This document shows positions 19,142 to 29,145 of a DNA stretch of 64,000 bases, piece after piece. How positions within the stretch are numbered: the stretch's first letter is position 1; each line of letters opens with the position of its first letter. Source of the DNA: an uncultured Trueperaceae bacterium (lineage in GTDB: Bacteria; Deinococcota; Deinococci; Deinococcales; Trueperaceae). The stretch covers positions 224,001 to 288,000 of the forward strand of contig CAWFFU010000003.1 in assembly GCA_963815215.1 (NCBI GenBank), read 5' to 3'. Made by a program: the position numbers and the translations under genes. The notes under the pieces were generated by a model. That model did not search any database and was not told the origin of the DNA. It worked only from the letters and a program-made list of their open reading frames with translations.

Positions 19142-20240
19142 CGGCCGCCGCGGCCTCGCCGCCGGTGGAGGTCGCTGCCATCGCTTCCAGCCGCCGCCCC
19201 TGCTCGGCCTCCGACAGCGCCGCCGTCAGCTCGGCGAGATCGCCGAGCAGCACGCTCTGTAGGTCCCGGGTGGTGAAGCCGATGCGGTGATCGGTGACCC
19301 TGGACTGCGGGAAGTTGTAGGTACGCACCTTCTCGCTGCGCTCGCCGCTGCCGATCTGCACCAGGCGCGCCTCGCGAGCCTCGCTCTGGGCGCGCTCGCG
19401 CTCGCGCTCGAGCAGCCGCGCCCGCAACACCGCCAGCGCCTTCTCCTTGTTCTTGATCTGCGACTTGCCGTCCTGGCAGGTGACCACGATCTCGTCCGCG
19501 GTCCCCGGCCGGTAGGTCACCCGCACCGCGGAATCGGTGGTGTTCACCGATTGCCCGCCGGGACCGCTGGAGCGGTACACGTCCACGCGGTAATCCGCCG
19601 GGGTGAGGTCGACGTCGACGTCCTGGGCCTCCGGCAGCACGGCCACCGTGACCGTGCTGGTGTGGATCCGGCCCTGCGCCTCGGTGGCGGGCACGCGTTG
19701 CACGCGGTGGACGCCTGACTCGTACTTGAACCGGCTGTAGGCGCCGCGTCCGTGGATCTCGAAGGAGACCTTCGAGAGGCCACCGACGTCGGTCGGATGG
19801 GAGTCGAGCAACTCGGTCGCGTACCGCAGGCTCTCGGCATAGCGCAGGTACATCTCGAGCACCTCGCGTGCGAACAGCGAGGCCTCGTCGCCGCCCGCCG
19901 CCGCCCGCACCTCGACGATGACGTCCTTGTCATCGAACGGGTCGGTGGGGAGCAGCATGCGCTCCAGCGAACGCTCGAGCTCCTCGACGCGCGGCTGCAG
20001 CAGCTCCGCCTCGGCGCGAGCCTCGTCGCCGAGTTCGGCATCGGACTGGAGGTCGTGGGCCTCATCGAGCTGGCGACTGGCGTCGCGGTACTCTCTGAAG
20101 GCATCAACGATCCCCTTGAGCTCGCTGTACCGCTGCATGGCTTCGCGGTAGCGCCCGGTGTCCGCGATGAGCGCCGGGTCCGCGAGACTTCGTTCGAGTA
20201 TCTCGAACTCGTCCGTGAGGGTATTGAGCTTCTCGATCAT
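19128..20240 (-). CDS. prfA: Peptide chain release factor 1
   Basis: Start MIEKLN at 20240 (TACACT 7 nt upstream); ESGVHRVQRVPAT (PxT of RF1), SSGPGGQSVN, RTYNFPQSRVTDHRI. Confidence 0.97.
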   Translation of the reverse strand: MIEKLNTLTDEFEILERSLADPALIADTGRYREAMQRYSELKGIVDAFREYRDASRQLDEAHDLQSDAELGDEARAEAELLQPRVEELERSLERMLLPTDPFDDKDVIVEVRAAAGGDEASLFAREVLEMYLRYAESLRYATELLDSHPTDVGGLSKVSFEIHGRGAYSRFKYESGVHRVQRVPATEAQGRIHTSTVTVAVLPEAQDVDVDLTPADYRVDVYRSSGPGGQSVNTTDSAVRVTYRPGTADEIVVTCQDGKSQIKNKEKALAVLRARLLERERERAQSEAREARLVQIGSGERSEKVRTYNFPQSRVTDHRIGFTTRDLQSVLLGDLAELTAALSEAEQGRRLEAMAATSTGGEAAAAGGTA

Positions 20241-20370
20241 TGCGGCCAGTGTACCGCGGGCCTCTGGCGCTCCCGGTCGCAGGGTCGGTGCGCCGGCGCT
20301 GGGTGGCCATGCCACCCGGCGGTGTCCGTTCGGCGCGCTCCGTGTGGCGCCTCCTTGCGGCCGCCGCCGT

Positions 20371-21525
20371 TCAGGGGGCGGCGACCAGCCGGCCGCCCTG
20401 CACCATCGCGATGGCCAGACCGGCCGGCTGGAGAGCCTCGTGGCTGCCTTCGCGGAGATCGTACAGGCCGCCCGCGCCGCAGGTCGGGGGGAGCCCCACC
20501 AGCGAGTCACGTACGGCCTGTCGCCGCGCCGACACGCTGGCGTCGGGCAGCCGCAGCGCGGCGACCTGCTCGAAGGCCGCTGCGAGCAGGTCGATGGCGT
20601 CGTACGCCGGGGCGGCGGGAGCGAGGTCGATGACCCCGCCGTACACCGCGCGAAGCCGGTCCGCCGCCGAGCGTGCCGCGTCGGCGCAGGTCGCGCCATC
20701 GGGCAGTCCCTGCGCCACCGTCACCGGCGCCACGGCGAAGCGCACTCCCTCGAGCCGACCGAGCGCCAGCCCGCCCATGACGGGTTTGAGCAGGGCGCTG
20801 CGCGCGTACACCGGACCCCGATAGCCGCGGCGGGCGAGGCCGTCGAGCGCCGTCATGAGGTCGTCCTTGAGCCCCCATATCACCACCGCGCCCGGCTGGC
20901 GCGTGGCCACCCAGAGTGCCTCGGGGGTGAGGACGGCGGCGCCCGGCGGGTAGCGCGCGTCACCGGCGTAGCCCAGCCCGGCTACCGCCAGCAGGGCCTT
21001 CAGATCGGCGACCATGCTGTCGCCGAAGCCGTTGTCCAACGTCATCAAGGCCAGGCTCCGCAACCCGCGCGCACTGGCATCGGCCACCACCGCCGCCAGC
21101 GCGTCCTTGTCGCGCGGCGCCAGCGAGAAGCTCCAGTAGGGCGTGCCGGCCACGCTTTCCAGGGGCGACGGCGACAGCAGCACGACGCCGGATGCTTCCG
21201 CGAGGCGCGCCACCTGCTCGGAGGCCGCTTGGGTGGTGCAGCAAACCAGCGCGTCGACGCCGTCGCCGATGAGCGTCCGCGCCGCGTCCAGCGCCTGCGC
21301 GGGATCGCCCGCGTCGTCCTCGACGCGGAGATCTACGGGAGTCCCGAAGATGCCGCCGGACGCCCGCAGCCGGGAGGCGTAGGCGATGGCCGCCAGCGAT
21401 TCGGCATCGCCGGCGACCCGGGCCGTGCCCTCCTTGGACACGATCACGCCGATGGAGAAGGGCGTGGCGGCCGAAGCCGAGGCGAGCAGCAGCAGGATCG
21501 CCAGGAGCTGGAACGGTCGGCGCAT
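20371..21525 (-). CDS. ABC transporter substrate-binding protein (branched-chain amino acid/LivJ-like)
   Basis: Signal peptide MRRPFQLLAILLLLASASAA; IGVIVSKEG, GGIFGTPVDLRVEDDAGDP, AYDAIDLL. Confidence 0.85.
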   Translation of the reverse strand: MRRPFQLLAILLLLASASAATPFSIGVIVSKEGTARVAGDAESLAAIAYASRLRASGGIFGTPVDLRVEDDAGDPAQALDAARTLIGDGVDALVCCTTQAASEQVARLAEASGVVLLSPSPLESVAGTPYWSFSLAPRDKDALAAVVADASARGLRSLALMTLDNGFGDSMVADLKALLAVAGLGYAGDARYPPGAAVLTPEALWVATRQPGAVVIWGLKDDLMTALDGLARRGYRGPVYARSALLKPVMGGLALGRLEGVRFAVAPVTVAQGLPDGATCADAARSAADRLRAVYGGVIDLAPAAPAYDAIDLLAAAFEQVAALRLPDASVSARRQAVRDSLVGLPPTCGAGGLYDLREGSHEALQPAGLAIAMVQGGRLVAAP

Positions 21526-21806
21526 GGTCCCTTCTACCAGGACGCGTGCCTGCCTCGGTGAGAGGACGCCCAAGAGCCGCCAACGGTCGGTAAAAGTCCG
21601 ACAGGGGGTGTCGTGGAACCGCCGTGGCTGACTCGTGGGCCGCCTTCGTAGCGTGAACTCGGGGTCATGGGACGTGCGGGGCACGGAGCCGGAGGTCGCG
21701 TGCCGAGCGGGGTGATGGTCGGAACACACGTCGAGGTAGGCAGGACCAGGATCCAGGACGGGTCCGCCGTGCCAGCGGCACGATCTGGCAACACTGGAGG
21801 TGACGC

Positions 21807-23036
21807 GTGACGCGCGACCCGGTCTGGCTCGAAGGTGACGCCCCCGAGCGTCTGGTGGAGGCGCTGGGTGCGCGTGGCTACCGGGTGATCGCTCCCCGCG
21901 TAGAGAACGACACCCTGATCCTCGATGAGGTCGGCTCCGGTGACGAGCTGCCGCGCGGCTGGTCGGACGAGGCGTCTCCCGGACGCTACCGGCTGATGCG
22001 CATGGACGACGACCCAGTGCGGGCGGCCGAACGCTTCGGCTTCCGGGTTGGCGCGCACAGCTACAAGCGCTACCTGCATCCGCCCGAGGCCCGCCTGTTC
22101 ACCGCCCGGCGCGAGCGCGCCGGCGGTCTGGAGGTGCGTCCCGAGCCCGGACCCGAGCGCCCCCTGGCCCTCGTGGGGATCCGGCCCTGCGATCTGGCCG
22201 CCATCGGGGTTCAGGACCGCGTGCTCCTGAACGGTCCGCACGTCGACGACGTCTACGCGGCGCGCCGTGAAGGTGCGTTCCTCGTGGCCGTGGAGTGCAC
22301 TCGTCCGGGAGCCACCTGCTTCTGCTCATCGATGGGAACGGGACCCGGGATCGACGGCGCTTCCGCCGACGGCAGCGAATCGGGTTCCGGTGCCGATCTG
22401 GTGTTGACCGAGCTGATCGACGAGCGGCGTCACGGGTTCGTGGCCCGTGCCGGCAGCGCGCGCGGCGCCGAGGTCCTCGATGCGATGAAGGGCCGGCCGG
22501 CCAGCGAAGGGGAACAGGGCGAGCGCGCGGCCGCGGTCGACGAAGCGGCGCGGAGCATGGAGCGTTCGCTGGACCTGGCTTCGGCGCGCGCGGCGCTGGC
22601 CCAGGGAGCGGAGCTGCCACTGTTCGCGGAGGTCGCCGAGCGCTGCCTGGCCTGCGCCAACTGCACCCTGGTGTGCCCCACGTGCTTCTGCACCACCGTC
22701 GTGGACACGACCGACCTCACCGGTCGGGTGGCCGAGCGCAGCCGCCACTGGGATTCGTGCTTCGGTCTGGAGTTCAGCTATCTGCACGGCGGCAGCGTCC
22801 GGCAGAGCGTGTCGTCGCGCTACCGGCAGTGGATCACGCACAAGCTCAGCAGTTGGTTCGATCAGTTCGGTGAGGCGGGCTGCGTCGGCTGCGGTCGCTG
22901 CATCGCCTGGTGCCCGGTCGGCATCGACATCACCCAGGAAGCGGCAACGGCGATCGCCCAGCACGGCGAGGCGGTCGCGGACGCGCAACGGGAGCCCTCG
23001 AGGAGGGGACCCCCGACGAGGGGAGCACGACCATGA
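21807..23036 (+). CDS. Group 3b [NiFe]-hydrogenase (sulfhydrogenase) beta subunit, 4Fe-4S protein
   Basis: GIRPCDL, C..PGATCFCSSMGTG, CLACANCTLVCPTCFC, RYRQWITHK, CVGCGRCIAWCPVGID. Confidence 0.92.
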   Translation: MTRDPVWLEGDAPERLVEALGARGYRVIAPRVENDTLILDEVGSGDELPRGWSDEASPGRYRLMRMDDDPVRAAERFGFRVGAHSYKRYLHPPEARLFTARRERAGGLEVRPEPGPERPLALVGIRPCDLAAIGVQDRVLLNGPHVDDVYAARREGAFLVAVECTRPGATCFCSSMGTGPGIDGASADGSESGSGADLVLTELIDERRHGFVARAGSARGAEVLDAMKGRPASEGEQGERAAAVDEAARSMERSLDLASARAALAQGAELPLFAEVAERCLACANCTLVCPTCFCTTVVDTTDLTGRVAERSRHWDSCFGLEFSYLHGGSVRQSVSSRYRQWITHKLSSWFDQFGEAGCVGCGRCIAWCPVGIDITQEAATAIAQHGEAVADAQREPSRRGPPTRGARP

Positions 23037-23488
23037 TGCGTGACATGACGGCGCTGTTGAGCGCCAGCCCCGTGTTCGCGGGGCTCGACAGCGACCAGCT
23101 CGACTTCATCGCGGGTTGCGGCTGGAACGTTCACTTCAGCGCGGGCGACACCATCTTCAAGTTCGGCGAGCCGGCCGACCGCTTCTTCGTCCTGCGTGGC
23201 GGCAGCATCAGCATCGACATCCGGTTCGCCGGCGGTCCCGCGCGTCGCATCGAAACGCTCGGCGAAGGGGAGGTGCTGGGGTGGTCCTGGCTGTTCCCGC
23301 CCTACACCTGGCAGTTCGATGCCCGCGCCATGGCCGACGTTCGCGCGACCGCCTTCGATGGCTCCTGCCTGCGCGACAAGTGCGAACACGATCCCACCCT
23401 CGGCTACGAACTCATGAAGCGCTTCGCGGGCATCGTCGCGACGCGCCTGCAGGCGACGCGCATGCAGCTACTGGACCTGTATGGATAG
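23033..23488 (+). CDS. Stand-alone cyclic-nucleotide-binding domain protein
   Basis: FSAGDTIFKFGEPADRFFVLRGG, GEVLGWSWLFPPY; no HTH; ATGA overlap with upstream gene. Confidence 0.9.
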   Translation: MMRDMTALLSASPVFAGLDSDQLDFIAGCGWNVHFSAGDTIFKFGEPADRFFVLRGGSISIDIRFAGGPARRIETLGEGEVLGWSWLFPPYTWQFDARAMADVRATAFDGSCLRDKCEHDPTLGYELMKRFAGIVATRLQATRMQLLDLYG

Positions 23489-24368
23489 CCGCTCCGAGGT
23501 CGCGCGCGGGCGCACCGCGCAAGCGGTGATGCTGCCTCGCCCGTACCGTGTGGTCCGACGCTGGAGCGAGACCGCCGACACCTTCACCATGGAGTTGCGA
23601 CCGGCACAGGAAGGGGTGTCGGACGCGCTCGCGGCCCCCACGGCGCCGGCGTTCCGTCCCGGCCAGTTCAACATGCTCTACGCGTTCGGGGCGGGCGAGG
23701 TGCCGATCTCGATCAGCGGCGACCCCGCCGACGGCGAGCGTCTCATCCATACCGTTCGCGCGGTGGGCGCGGTCACGCGCCACCTGAGTGCGCTGGACGC
23801 GGGGGACACGGTCGGGGTGCGCGGCCCGTTCGGAAGTGCCTGGCCGGTGGAGGCCGCCGAGGGACGTGACCTCGTCATCGTGGCAGGCGGCATCGGATTG
23901 CCGCCGCTGCGCCCCGTGCTCTATGAGGTGCTGTCGCAACGCGAGCGCTTCGGGAGGGTGGCTCTGCTCTACGGCGCCCGCCGTCCCGAGGAGATGGTGT
24001 TCGTCGACGAGCTGCGCACCTGGCGCTCGCGGCTCGACCTCGACGTCGCCGTCACGGTCGATCGCGCAACGGAGAACTGGAAGGGTGCGGTGGGCTTCGT
24101 CACCACGCTGGTGGGGAGGGCGCCGGTCGACACCGCCGAGGCGGTGGCGATGGTGTGCGGCCCCGAGCTGATGATGCGTTTCGCCGCGCTCGAGCTCCTG
24201 AAGCGGGGCGTGGCGGAGGAGCGCATCCACGTGTCGATGGAACGCAACATGAAGTGCGGCGTCGGACTGTGTGGCCACTGCCAGTTCGGGCCCAGCTTCG
24301 TGTGCCGGGACGGCCCGGTCTATCCCTTCGGAAGGGTGAAGGACCTCCTGCAGGTGGCGGAAGCGTGA
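23481..24368 (+). CDS. Group 3b hydrogenase gamma subunit (FAD/NAD(P)-binding, 2Fe-2S)
   Basis: [57 protein letters not shown]. Confidence 0.93.
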   Translation: MDSRSEVARGRTAQAVMLPRPYRVVRRWSETADTFTMELRPAQEGVSDALAAPTAPAFRPGQFNMLYAFGAGEVPISISGDPADGERLIHTVRAVGAVTRHLSALDAGDTVGVRGPFGSAWPVEAAEGRDLVIVAGGIGLPPLRPVLYEVLSQRERFGRVALLYGARRPEEMVFVDELRTWRSRLDLDVAVTVDRATENWKGAVGFVTTLVGRAPVDTAEAVAMVCGPELMMRFAALELLKRGVAEERIHVSMERNMKCGVGLCGHCQFGPSFVCRDGPVYPFGRVKDLLQVAEA

Positions 24369-24388
24369 GGCGCGAGGTGAGGACGAAC

Positions 24389-25264
24389 GTGACGGACGCG
24401 GACGAACGGCGCGGTGCCCTGCCGGCCGGCGCCGCTGAGGCTGCCGGCCGGCGCCGGCCGAGGCTGGCCGTGTGGAAGTTCTCCTCGTGCGATGGCTGCC
24501 AGCTGACGCTCCTCGATTGCGAGGAAGAACTGCTGGCGTTGGTCGACCGGCTCGAGGTCGCCTACTTCCTGGAGGCGTCGAGCGCCGTGGTCGAGGGACC
24601 GTACGACGTGTCTCTGGTCGAGGGCTCGATCACCACGCCAGATGAGCGGGAACGCATCCAGAAGATCCGGCGCGAATCGGCTACCGTGATCGCCATCGGG
24701 GCCTGCGCCACGGCCGGGGGCATCCAGTCGCTGCGTAACTACGCCGACGTCGATGCCTACGCTCACCTGGTCTACGCGCACCCGGAGGCGCTCGACGTGC
24801 TGCCGACATCGACCCCGTTCTCGTCGCACATCGATGTCGACCTGGAGCTCCGAGGCTGTCCCATCGCCAAGGAGCAGTTGCTCGAGGCCGTTGGCGCGCT
24901 GCTCCACGGGCGCCGGCCGCACCTTCCCACGGTCAGCGTGTGTCAGTCCTGCAAGCGTCGCGGTATCCCGTGCGTGATGGTGTCCCAGGGCGTGCCCTGC
25001 ATGGGCCCGATCACCCAGGCCGGGTGCGGGGCGCTGTGCCCGGCCGTGGGGCGCGGCTGCTACGGCTGCTTCGGTCCCGCAGAGAGTGCCAACGTCGGGT
25101 CGCTGATGCGCTGGTGGCGCGACGCGCTCGGTATGGACGCGGACGCGAGCCTGCGGGCGCTGCGGACCTTCAACGCCGCGGCGCCGGCTTTCGCCCGCTC
25201 CGATCCGTTCGCCGCGGGCGGCACGCCGGCGGGCGGCGACGGGAGCGGTCACCATGACCTCTGA
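24389..25264 (+). CDS. Group 3b hydrogenase small (delta) subunit
   Basis: [50 protein letters not shown]. Start at GTG 24389 (SD GAGG) or 24365. Confidence 0.92.
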   Translation: MTDADERRGALPAGAAEAAGRRRPRLAVWKFSSCDGCQLTLLDCEEELLALVDRLEVAYFLEASSAVVEGPYDVSLVEGSITTPDERERIQKIRRESATVIAIGACATAGGIQSLRNYADVDAYAHLVYAHPEALDVLPTSTPFSSHIDVDLELRGCPIAKEQLLEAVGALLHGRRPHLPTVSVCQSCKRRGIPCVMVSQGVPCMGPITQAGCGALCPAVGRGCYGCFGPAESANVGSLMRWWRDALGMDADASLRALRTFNAAAPAFARSDPFAAGGTPAGGDGSGHHDL

Positions 25265-26561
25265 CCAACGAGAGATGCGCAGGATCAGCGTGGGGGCGCT
25301 CGCCCGTGTCGAGGGCGAAGGGGCCATGCGCATCCGGGTGCAGGGAACGACCGTCGAGGAGGTCGCGCTCAACATCTACGAGCCACCGCGCTTCTTCGAG
25401 GCGCTGCTGCGTGGGCGCGCCTACACCGAGCCGCCCGACATCACCGCGCGCATCTGCGGCATCTGCCCGGTGGCCTACCAGACCAGCGCGGTGCAGGCCA
25501 TCGAGGCAGCCTGCGGGGTCGAGGTCGGCCCCTCCGTGCAGGCCCTACGGCGGCTGCTGTACTGCGGCGAGTGGATCCAGAGCCACGCGCTGCACATCTA
25601 CCTGCTCCACGCCCCCGACTTCCTCGGCTACGACAGCGCGCTCGAGCTCGCCAAGGTGGTGCCCGACGTCGTCCAGCGCGGCCTCACGCTCAAGAAGGCA
25701 GGCAACGACCTGATGAACGTGGTCGGCGGGCGCGCGGTCCACCCCGTGAACGTGCGCGTCGGCGGGTTCTACCGCGCACCCTCCGCGGCCGAGCTGGAGA
25801 CGCTGGTCGAGCCGCTGCAGCGTGCGCTGGAAGCGGCGGAGGAGACGGTGCGCTGGGTGGGCGGCTTCACCTTCCCGGACTTCGAGCACGACCACGAGTA
25901 CGTGGCGCTGCGGCATGCCAGCGACTATCCGATGGAGGCGGGGCGGATGGTGTCCGATCAGGGTCTGGACATCGGTCCGGACGCCTTCGAGGACCACGTC
26001 GAGGAGCTGCACGTGGAGCACTCGAACGCCCTGCACGCAGTGTTGCGCGAGCGTGGCACCTACATGACGGGTCCGCTGGCCCGCTACAGCCTGGACTTCG
26101 ACCGACTGTCGCCGAGGGCCCAGGAGGCGGCTCGCGAAGCGGGGCTCGGGACGACCTGCCGCAACCCCTTCAAGAGCATCGTGGTGCGGGCGGTGGAGAC
26201 GTTGTACGCCGTCGAGGAGGCGCTGTCGTTGATCCAGCGCTACCGCCCCCCGAGCCCCAGCGCCGTGGAGGTCAAGCCTCGGGCGGGCCGCGGATCGGGT
26301 TGGAGCGAGGCGCCGCGCGGACTGCTGTACCACCGCTACACCCTGGCCGCGGACGGCACCATCGAGGAGGCCGTCATCACGCCGCCAACGTCGCAGAACC
26401 AGCGCGCCATCGAAGCCGACCTGGCCCGCTTCGTGGAGGCGCACCTGGATCTGGACGACCAGGCACTGACCTGGCAGTGCGAACAGGCGATCCGCAACTA
26501 CGATCCGTGCATCTCCTGCGCCACGCACTTCCTGGATCTCGACGTGGAACGCCGGCCGTGA
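25254..26561 (+). CDS. Group 3b [NiFe]-hydrogenase large (alpha) subunit
   Basis: RVEGEG, L1 motif RICGICP, EAPRG, L2 motif DPCISCATH plus cleavable C-terminal tail. Confidence 0.95.
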   Translation: MTSDQREMRRISVGALARVEGEGAMRIRVQGTTVEEVALNIYEPPRFFEALLRGRAYTEPPDITARICGICPVAYQTSAVQAIEAACGVEVGPSVQALRRLLYCGEWIQSHALHIYLLHAPDFLGYDSALELAKVVPDVVQRGLTLKKAGNDLMNVVGGRAVHPVNVRVGGFYRAPSAAELETLVEPLQRALEAAEETVRWVGGFTFPDFEHDHEYVALRHASDYPMEAGRMVSDQGLDIGPDAFEDHVEELHVEHSNALHAVLRERGTYMTGPLARYSLDFDRLSPRAQEAAREAGLGTTCRNPFKSIVVRAVETLYAVEEALSLIQRYRPPSPSAVEVKPRAGRGSGWSEAPRGLLYHRYTLAADGTIEEAVITPPTSQNQRAIEADLARFVEAHLDLDDQALTWQCEQAIRNYDPCISCATHFLDLDVERRP

Positions 26562-27022
26562 GGCGCGTGGTAGTGGCGGGGCTCGGCAACGACCTTCGCA
26601 GCGACGACGGCGTGGGGCCAGCCATCGCGTTGCGGGTGGCGCGTTCGGCCGGACCGGGCGTGACGGTCCTCGTGAACGCCGGTGAGCCTACGGACCTGAT
26701 CGAGGTGTGGCGCGACGCGGACGTCGCCATCGTAGTGGACGCCATGGACGCGGGCCTGGAGCCAGGGACGTCACGCCGTGTCGACGCCGCCGCCCTGAGC
26801 GGCGCCACCCTGCCCTCGGGGGCGTCGAGCCACTTGCTGCCGCTACCGAACGTGGTCGAGCTGGCCCGGACGCTGGGCGTCATGCCCGGCCGGCTGCTCG
26901 TCTTCGGTGTCCAGGGGGGCGTGTTCGGGCCGGGCGAGGGGCTCTCCCCGGCGGTGCAACAGGCGGTGGAGCGCGTGGCCGCCGAGATCCTGGACGAGGT
27001 CGGTGTGGCCCTCGTTCCCTGA
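26558..27022 (+). CDS. Hydrogenase maturation protease
   Basis: GTG 26558 overlapping large-subunit stop; VVAGLGNDLRSDDGVG, IVVDA, SSH. Confidence 0.92.
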   Translation: MRRVVVAGLGNDLRSDDGVGPAIALRVARSAGPGVTVLVNAGEPTDLIEVWRDADVAIVVDAMDAGLEPGTSRRVDAAALSGATLPSGASSHLLPLPNVVELARTLGVMPGRLLVFGVQGGVFGPGEGLSPAVQQAVERVAAEILDEVGVALVP

Positions 27023-27128
27023 CGGGCGGCGGGGCGCAGCCCCGCCACGATCCGTTCTGTCAGAAACGCCTGTCCGCGGCCGTAGGCCGCGGACAGGGTG
27101 CGCTAGGAGGTAGAAGGAGAGTCGGAAG

Positions 27129-27587
27129 TCAGGTGGGCGACGCCTCGCGCTCCACGGGAGCGACGCGGCCGCCCGTCTCCAGGTCGAGCAGCGAGACCAG
27201 CGCCTGCAGCAGGTCGGTGATGGTGAGGATCCCCACCACCGAATCGCCGTCGACGACCGGAAGCCCCGAGATCTTGTGCTCGTTCATCATCAGGGCGGCC
27301 CGCTCGATCGGATCGTCGGGGGAGACGTTCAGCACCGCCGTCTTCATGACGTCGCTGACGGTGAGGCGGCTGAGAAGGTAGTTGAGCTCGAACACCGACA
27401 GGCTGGTGGCCTTGGAGGGCGCCGCCTCACGCAGGTCCCGATCGGTCACGATGCCCACGAGACGGCCGCGCGACACAACGGGCAAGCGCCGGAATCCACC
27501 GTCGCGCATCACCTTCTGCGCTTCGAAGAGCTTCGTATCCGGCGTGACGGTGACGGGATCTGCGACCATCCAATCGCTGACCAGCAT
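27129..27587 (-). CDS. Tandem CBS-domain protein (AcuB-like)
   Basis: MLVSDWM..PVTVTPDT, RRLPVV, GIVTDRDLREAAPSKATSLS, ISGLPVV, GILTITDL. Confidence 0.9.
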   Translation of the reverse strand: MLVSDWMVADPVTVTPDTKLFEAQKVMRDGGFRRLPVVSRGRLVGIVTDRDLREAAPSKATSLSVFELNYLLSRLTVSDVMKTAVLNVSPDDPIERAALMMNEHKISGLPVVDGDSVVGILTITDLLQALVSLLDLETGGRVAPVEREASPT

Positions 27588-27779
27588 GGCGACCCCCTTC
27601 GAGGTCCCGCAGTGTTGCTCGAGGCCGAGCGTCCGGCCGGCGGTGGGCTCCGCGGAGCCCACCGGCCCCGCTCCACACCCTCCACGCCAGCGTAGAACCA
27701 TGAGGACGGAGGCCCATCCCCGTCTTTCCGACGCGGTTGTCGGAGATTCCCCTACACCCCTGCGAGGGTTCCCGCTCGG

Positions 27780-27950
27780 TCAGCCGCCCTGCATCCAGCG
27801 CTTCACGGAGCGTCCGGCGATCACGCCGGCCACCTCGCACGGGATGCTGACGACCAGTGACGGGACCAGGCCCATACCGTGGCCTGCGAACAGGCGGAAG
27901 AGCGTGAACACCACGCCGAAGATGACGAAAGCCAGTAGATGCCCGATCAC
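27780..27950 (-). CDS. Small membrane protein (56 aa)
   Basis: GTG 27950 with TAGACT 5 nt upstream; MIGHLLAFVIFGVVFTLFRLFAGHGMGLVPSLVVSIPCEVAGVIAGRSVKRWMQGG, two hydrophobic segments. Confidence 0.6.
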   Translation of the reverse strand: MIGHLLAFVIFGVVFTLFRLFAGHGMGLVPSLVVSIPCEVAGVIAGRSVKRWMQGG

Positions 27951-28026
27951 GGCACAGTCTAGACGGGTCGGTGCGTAGGCGGTAGTGGCGTAGTCCGCAT
28001 CCCGCTGCTCCCCGCGGTGCGGTAGA

Positions 28027-28950
28027 TTGGCGGCCCACCATGGCCGCCCCACCGCCCAGACCCCGCCCTCGTCGTCCGTCGCGGCGGTGCCCGTGATGGC
28101 GGTCCGCCGCCTGGTGAGGGCGACGCCTGCCCCGGCGCTCGAGATCGCCGCCATCCTGTCGATCCACCTGGGCGCGGCGTTGGCCACCCACCTGTTCGAT
28201 GCCTGGGGGGAGCAGGGCACCGCCTTCGCCCGGTTGGCGCTAGGCGCGGGCGTGCTGCTGGCGCTCACCAGGCCGCGCTTGACGGCGCTGGCCCGGGCGG
28301 ACTGGGCGCGGCTGGCTGCCTTCGGATCGATCCTGGCGGGGCTCAACCTGTTCTTCTACGAGGCGCTGGCGCGGTTGCCGCTCGGCGTGGTCGCCACCGT
28401 CGAGTTCATGGGGCCCCTCGCCGTGGCGTTGCTCGGCACGCGCCGCGCGCTCGACCTGCTGTGGGTCGGGCTCGCCGCCGGGGGCATCGCCCTGCTGGCA
28501 CCCGTCGGGGGGGTGGCGCTCGACCCGGTGGGACTCGCGTTCGCCGCCGCCGCCGCCGCCTGCCTCGGCCTGTACATCGTGGTGGGCGGCCGGCTCGGGC
28601 GCACCCTGCCCGGCCATCAGGGGCTGGCGCTGGCCATGGCCCTGGCGGCGGTGCTGCTGCTGCCGGGCGGCGTGGCTCGGGCCGGGCCGTCGTTGCTCGA
28701 GCCACGCCTGTTGGCGCTGGGCCTGGCGGTGGCGCTGATCTCGACCATCGTGCCGTTCTCGTTGGAGTTCGAAGCCATGCGGCGGATGCGCCCGCGCGCG
28801 TTCGGCGTGCTGCTCAGCAGCGAGCCCGCCATCGCTGCGCTGGTGGGGGTGGTGCTGCTGGGAGACGTGCTGGAGCCGCGGCAGATCGCCGCCATGGCGG
28901 CGATCATGGTGGCGTCGGTGGGATCGACGCTGGCTGAGCGTCGCGCCTAG
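28027..28950 (+). CDS. EamA/DMT family transporter (RhtA-like)
   Basis: SIHLGAALA, NLFFYEALARLPLGVVATVEFMGPL, PFSLEFEAMRR, SEPAIAAL; about 10 TM helices. Start uncertain (may be 28096). Confidence 0.9.
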   Translation: MAAHHGRPTAQTPPSSSVAAVPVMAVRRLVRATPAPALEIAAILSIHLGAALATHLFDAWGEQGTAFARLALGAGVLLALTRPRLTALARADWARLAAFGSILAGLNLFFYEALARLPLGVVATVEFMGPLAVALLGTRRALDLLWVGLAAGGIALLAPVGGVALDPVGLAFAAAAAACLGLYIVVGGRLGRTLPGHQGLALAMALAAVLLLPGGVARAGPSLLEPRLLALGLAVALISTIVPFSLEFEAMRRMRPRAFGVLLSSEPAIAALVGVVLLGDVLEPRQIAAMAAIMVASVGSTLAERRA

Positions 28951-28974
28951 CGACGACCTCAGCCGGCGTTGTCA

Positions 28975-29051
28975 TGGTGCGCCCGGAAGGATTCGAACCT
29001 TCGACCTTGGGCTTAGGAGTCCCCTGCTCTGTCCAGCTGAGCTACGGGCGC
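28975..29051 (-). tRNA. tRNA-Arg(CCT) with imperfect anticodon stem
   Basis: GCGCCCGTAGCTCAGCTGGACAGAGCA-GGGGA-CTCCTAA-GCCCA-AGGTC-GAAGGTTCGAATCCTTC-CGGGCGCACCA. Confidence 0.88.
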
Positions 29052-29088
29052 AGGCCGCGCGGCGTTCCAGGACGCCTTCGCGCCCGGC

Positions 29089-29118
29089 ATTGTACGACGC
29101 CGTCGGGCGCAGGGGCAA
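29089..29118 (-). promoter_or_regulatory. Promoter of tRNA-Arg(CCT)
   Basis: TTGCCC-18 bp-TACAAT. Confidence 0.5.
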
Positions 29119-29145
29119 TCTCGGCCGGTGCCCGGGAGGGCGGGT

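Noticed and set aside
26500..26530. Selenocysteine ([NiFeSe]) hydrogenase
   Set aside because: The L2 motif is DPCISCATH with ordinary TGC codons.
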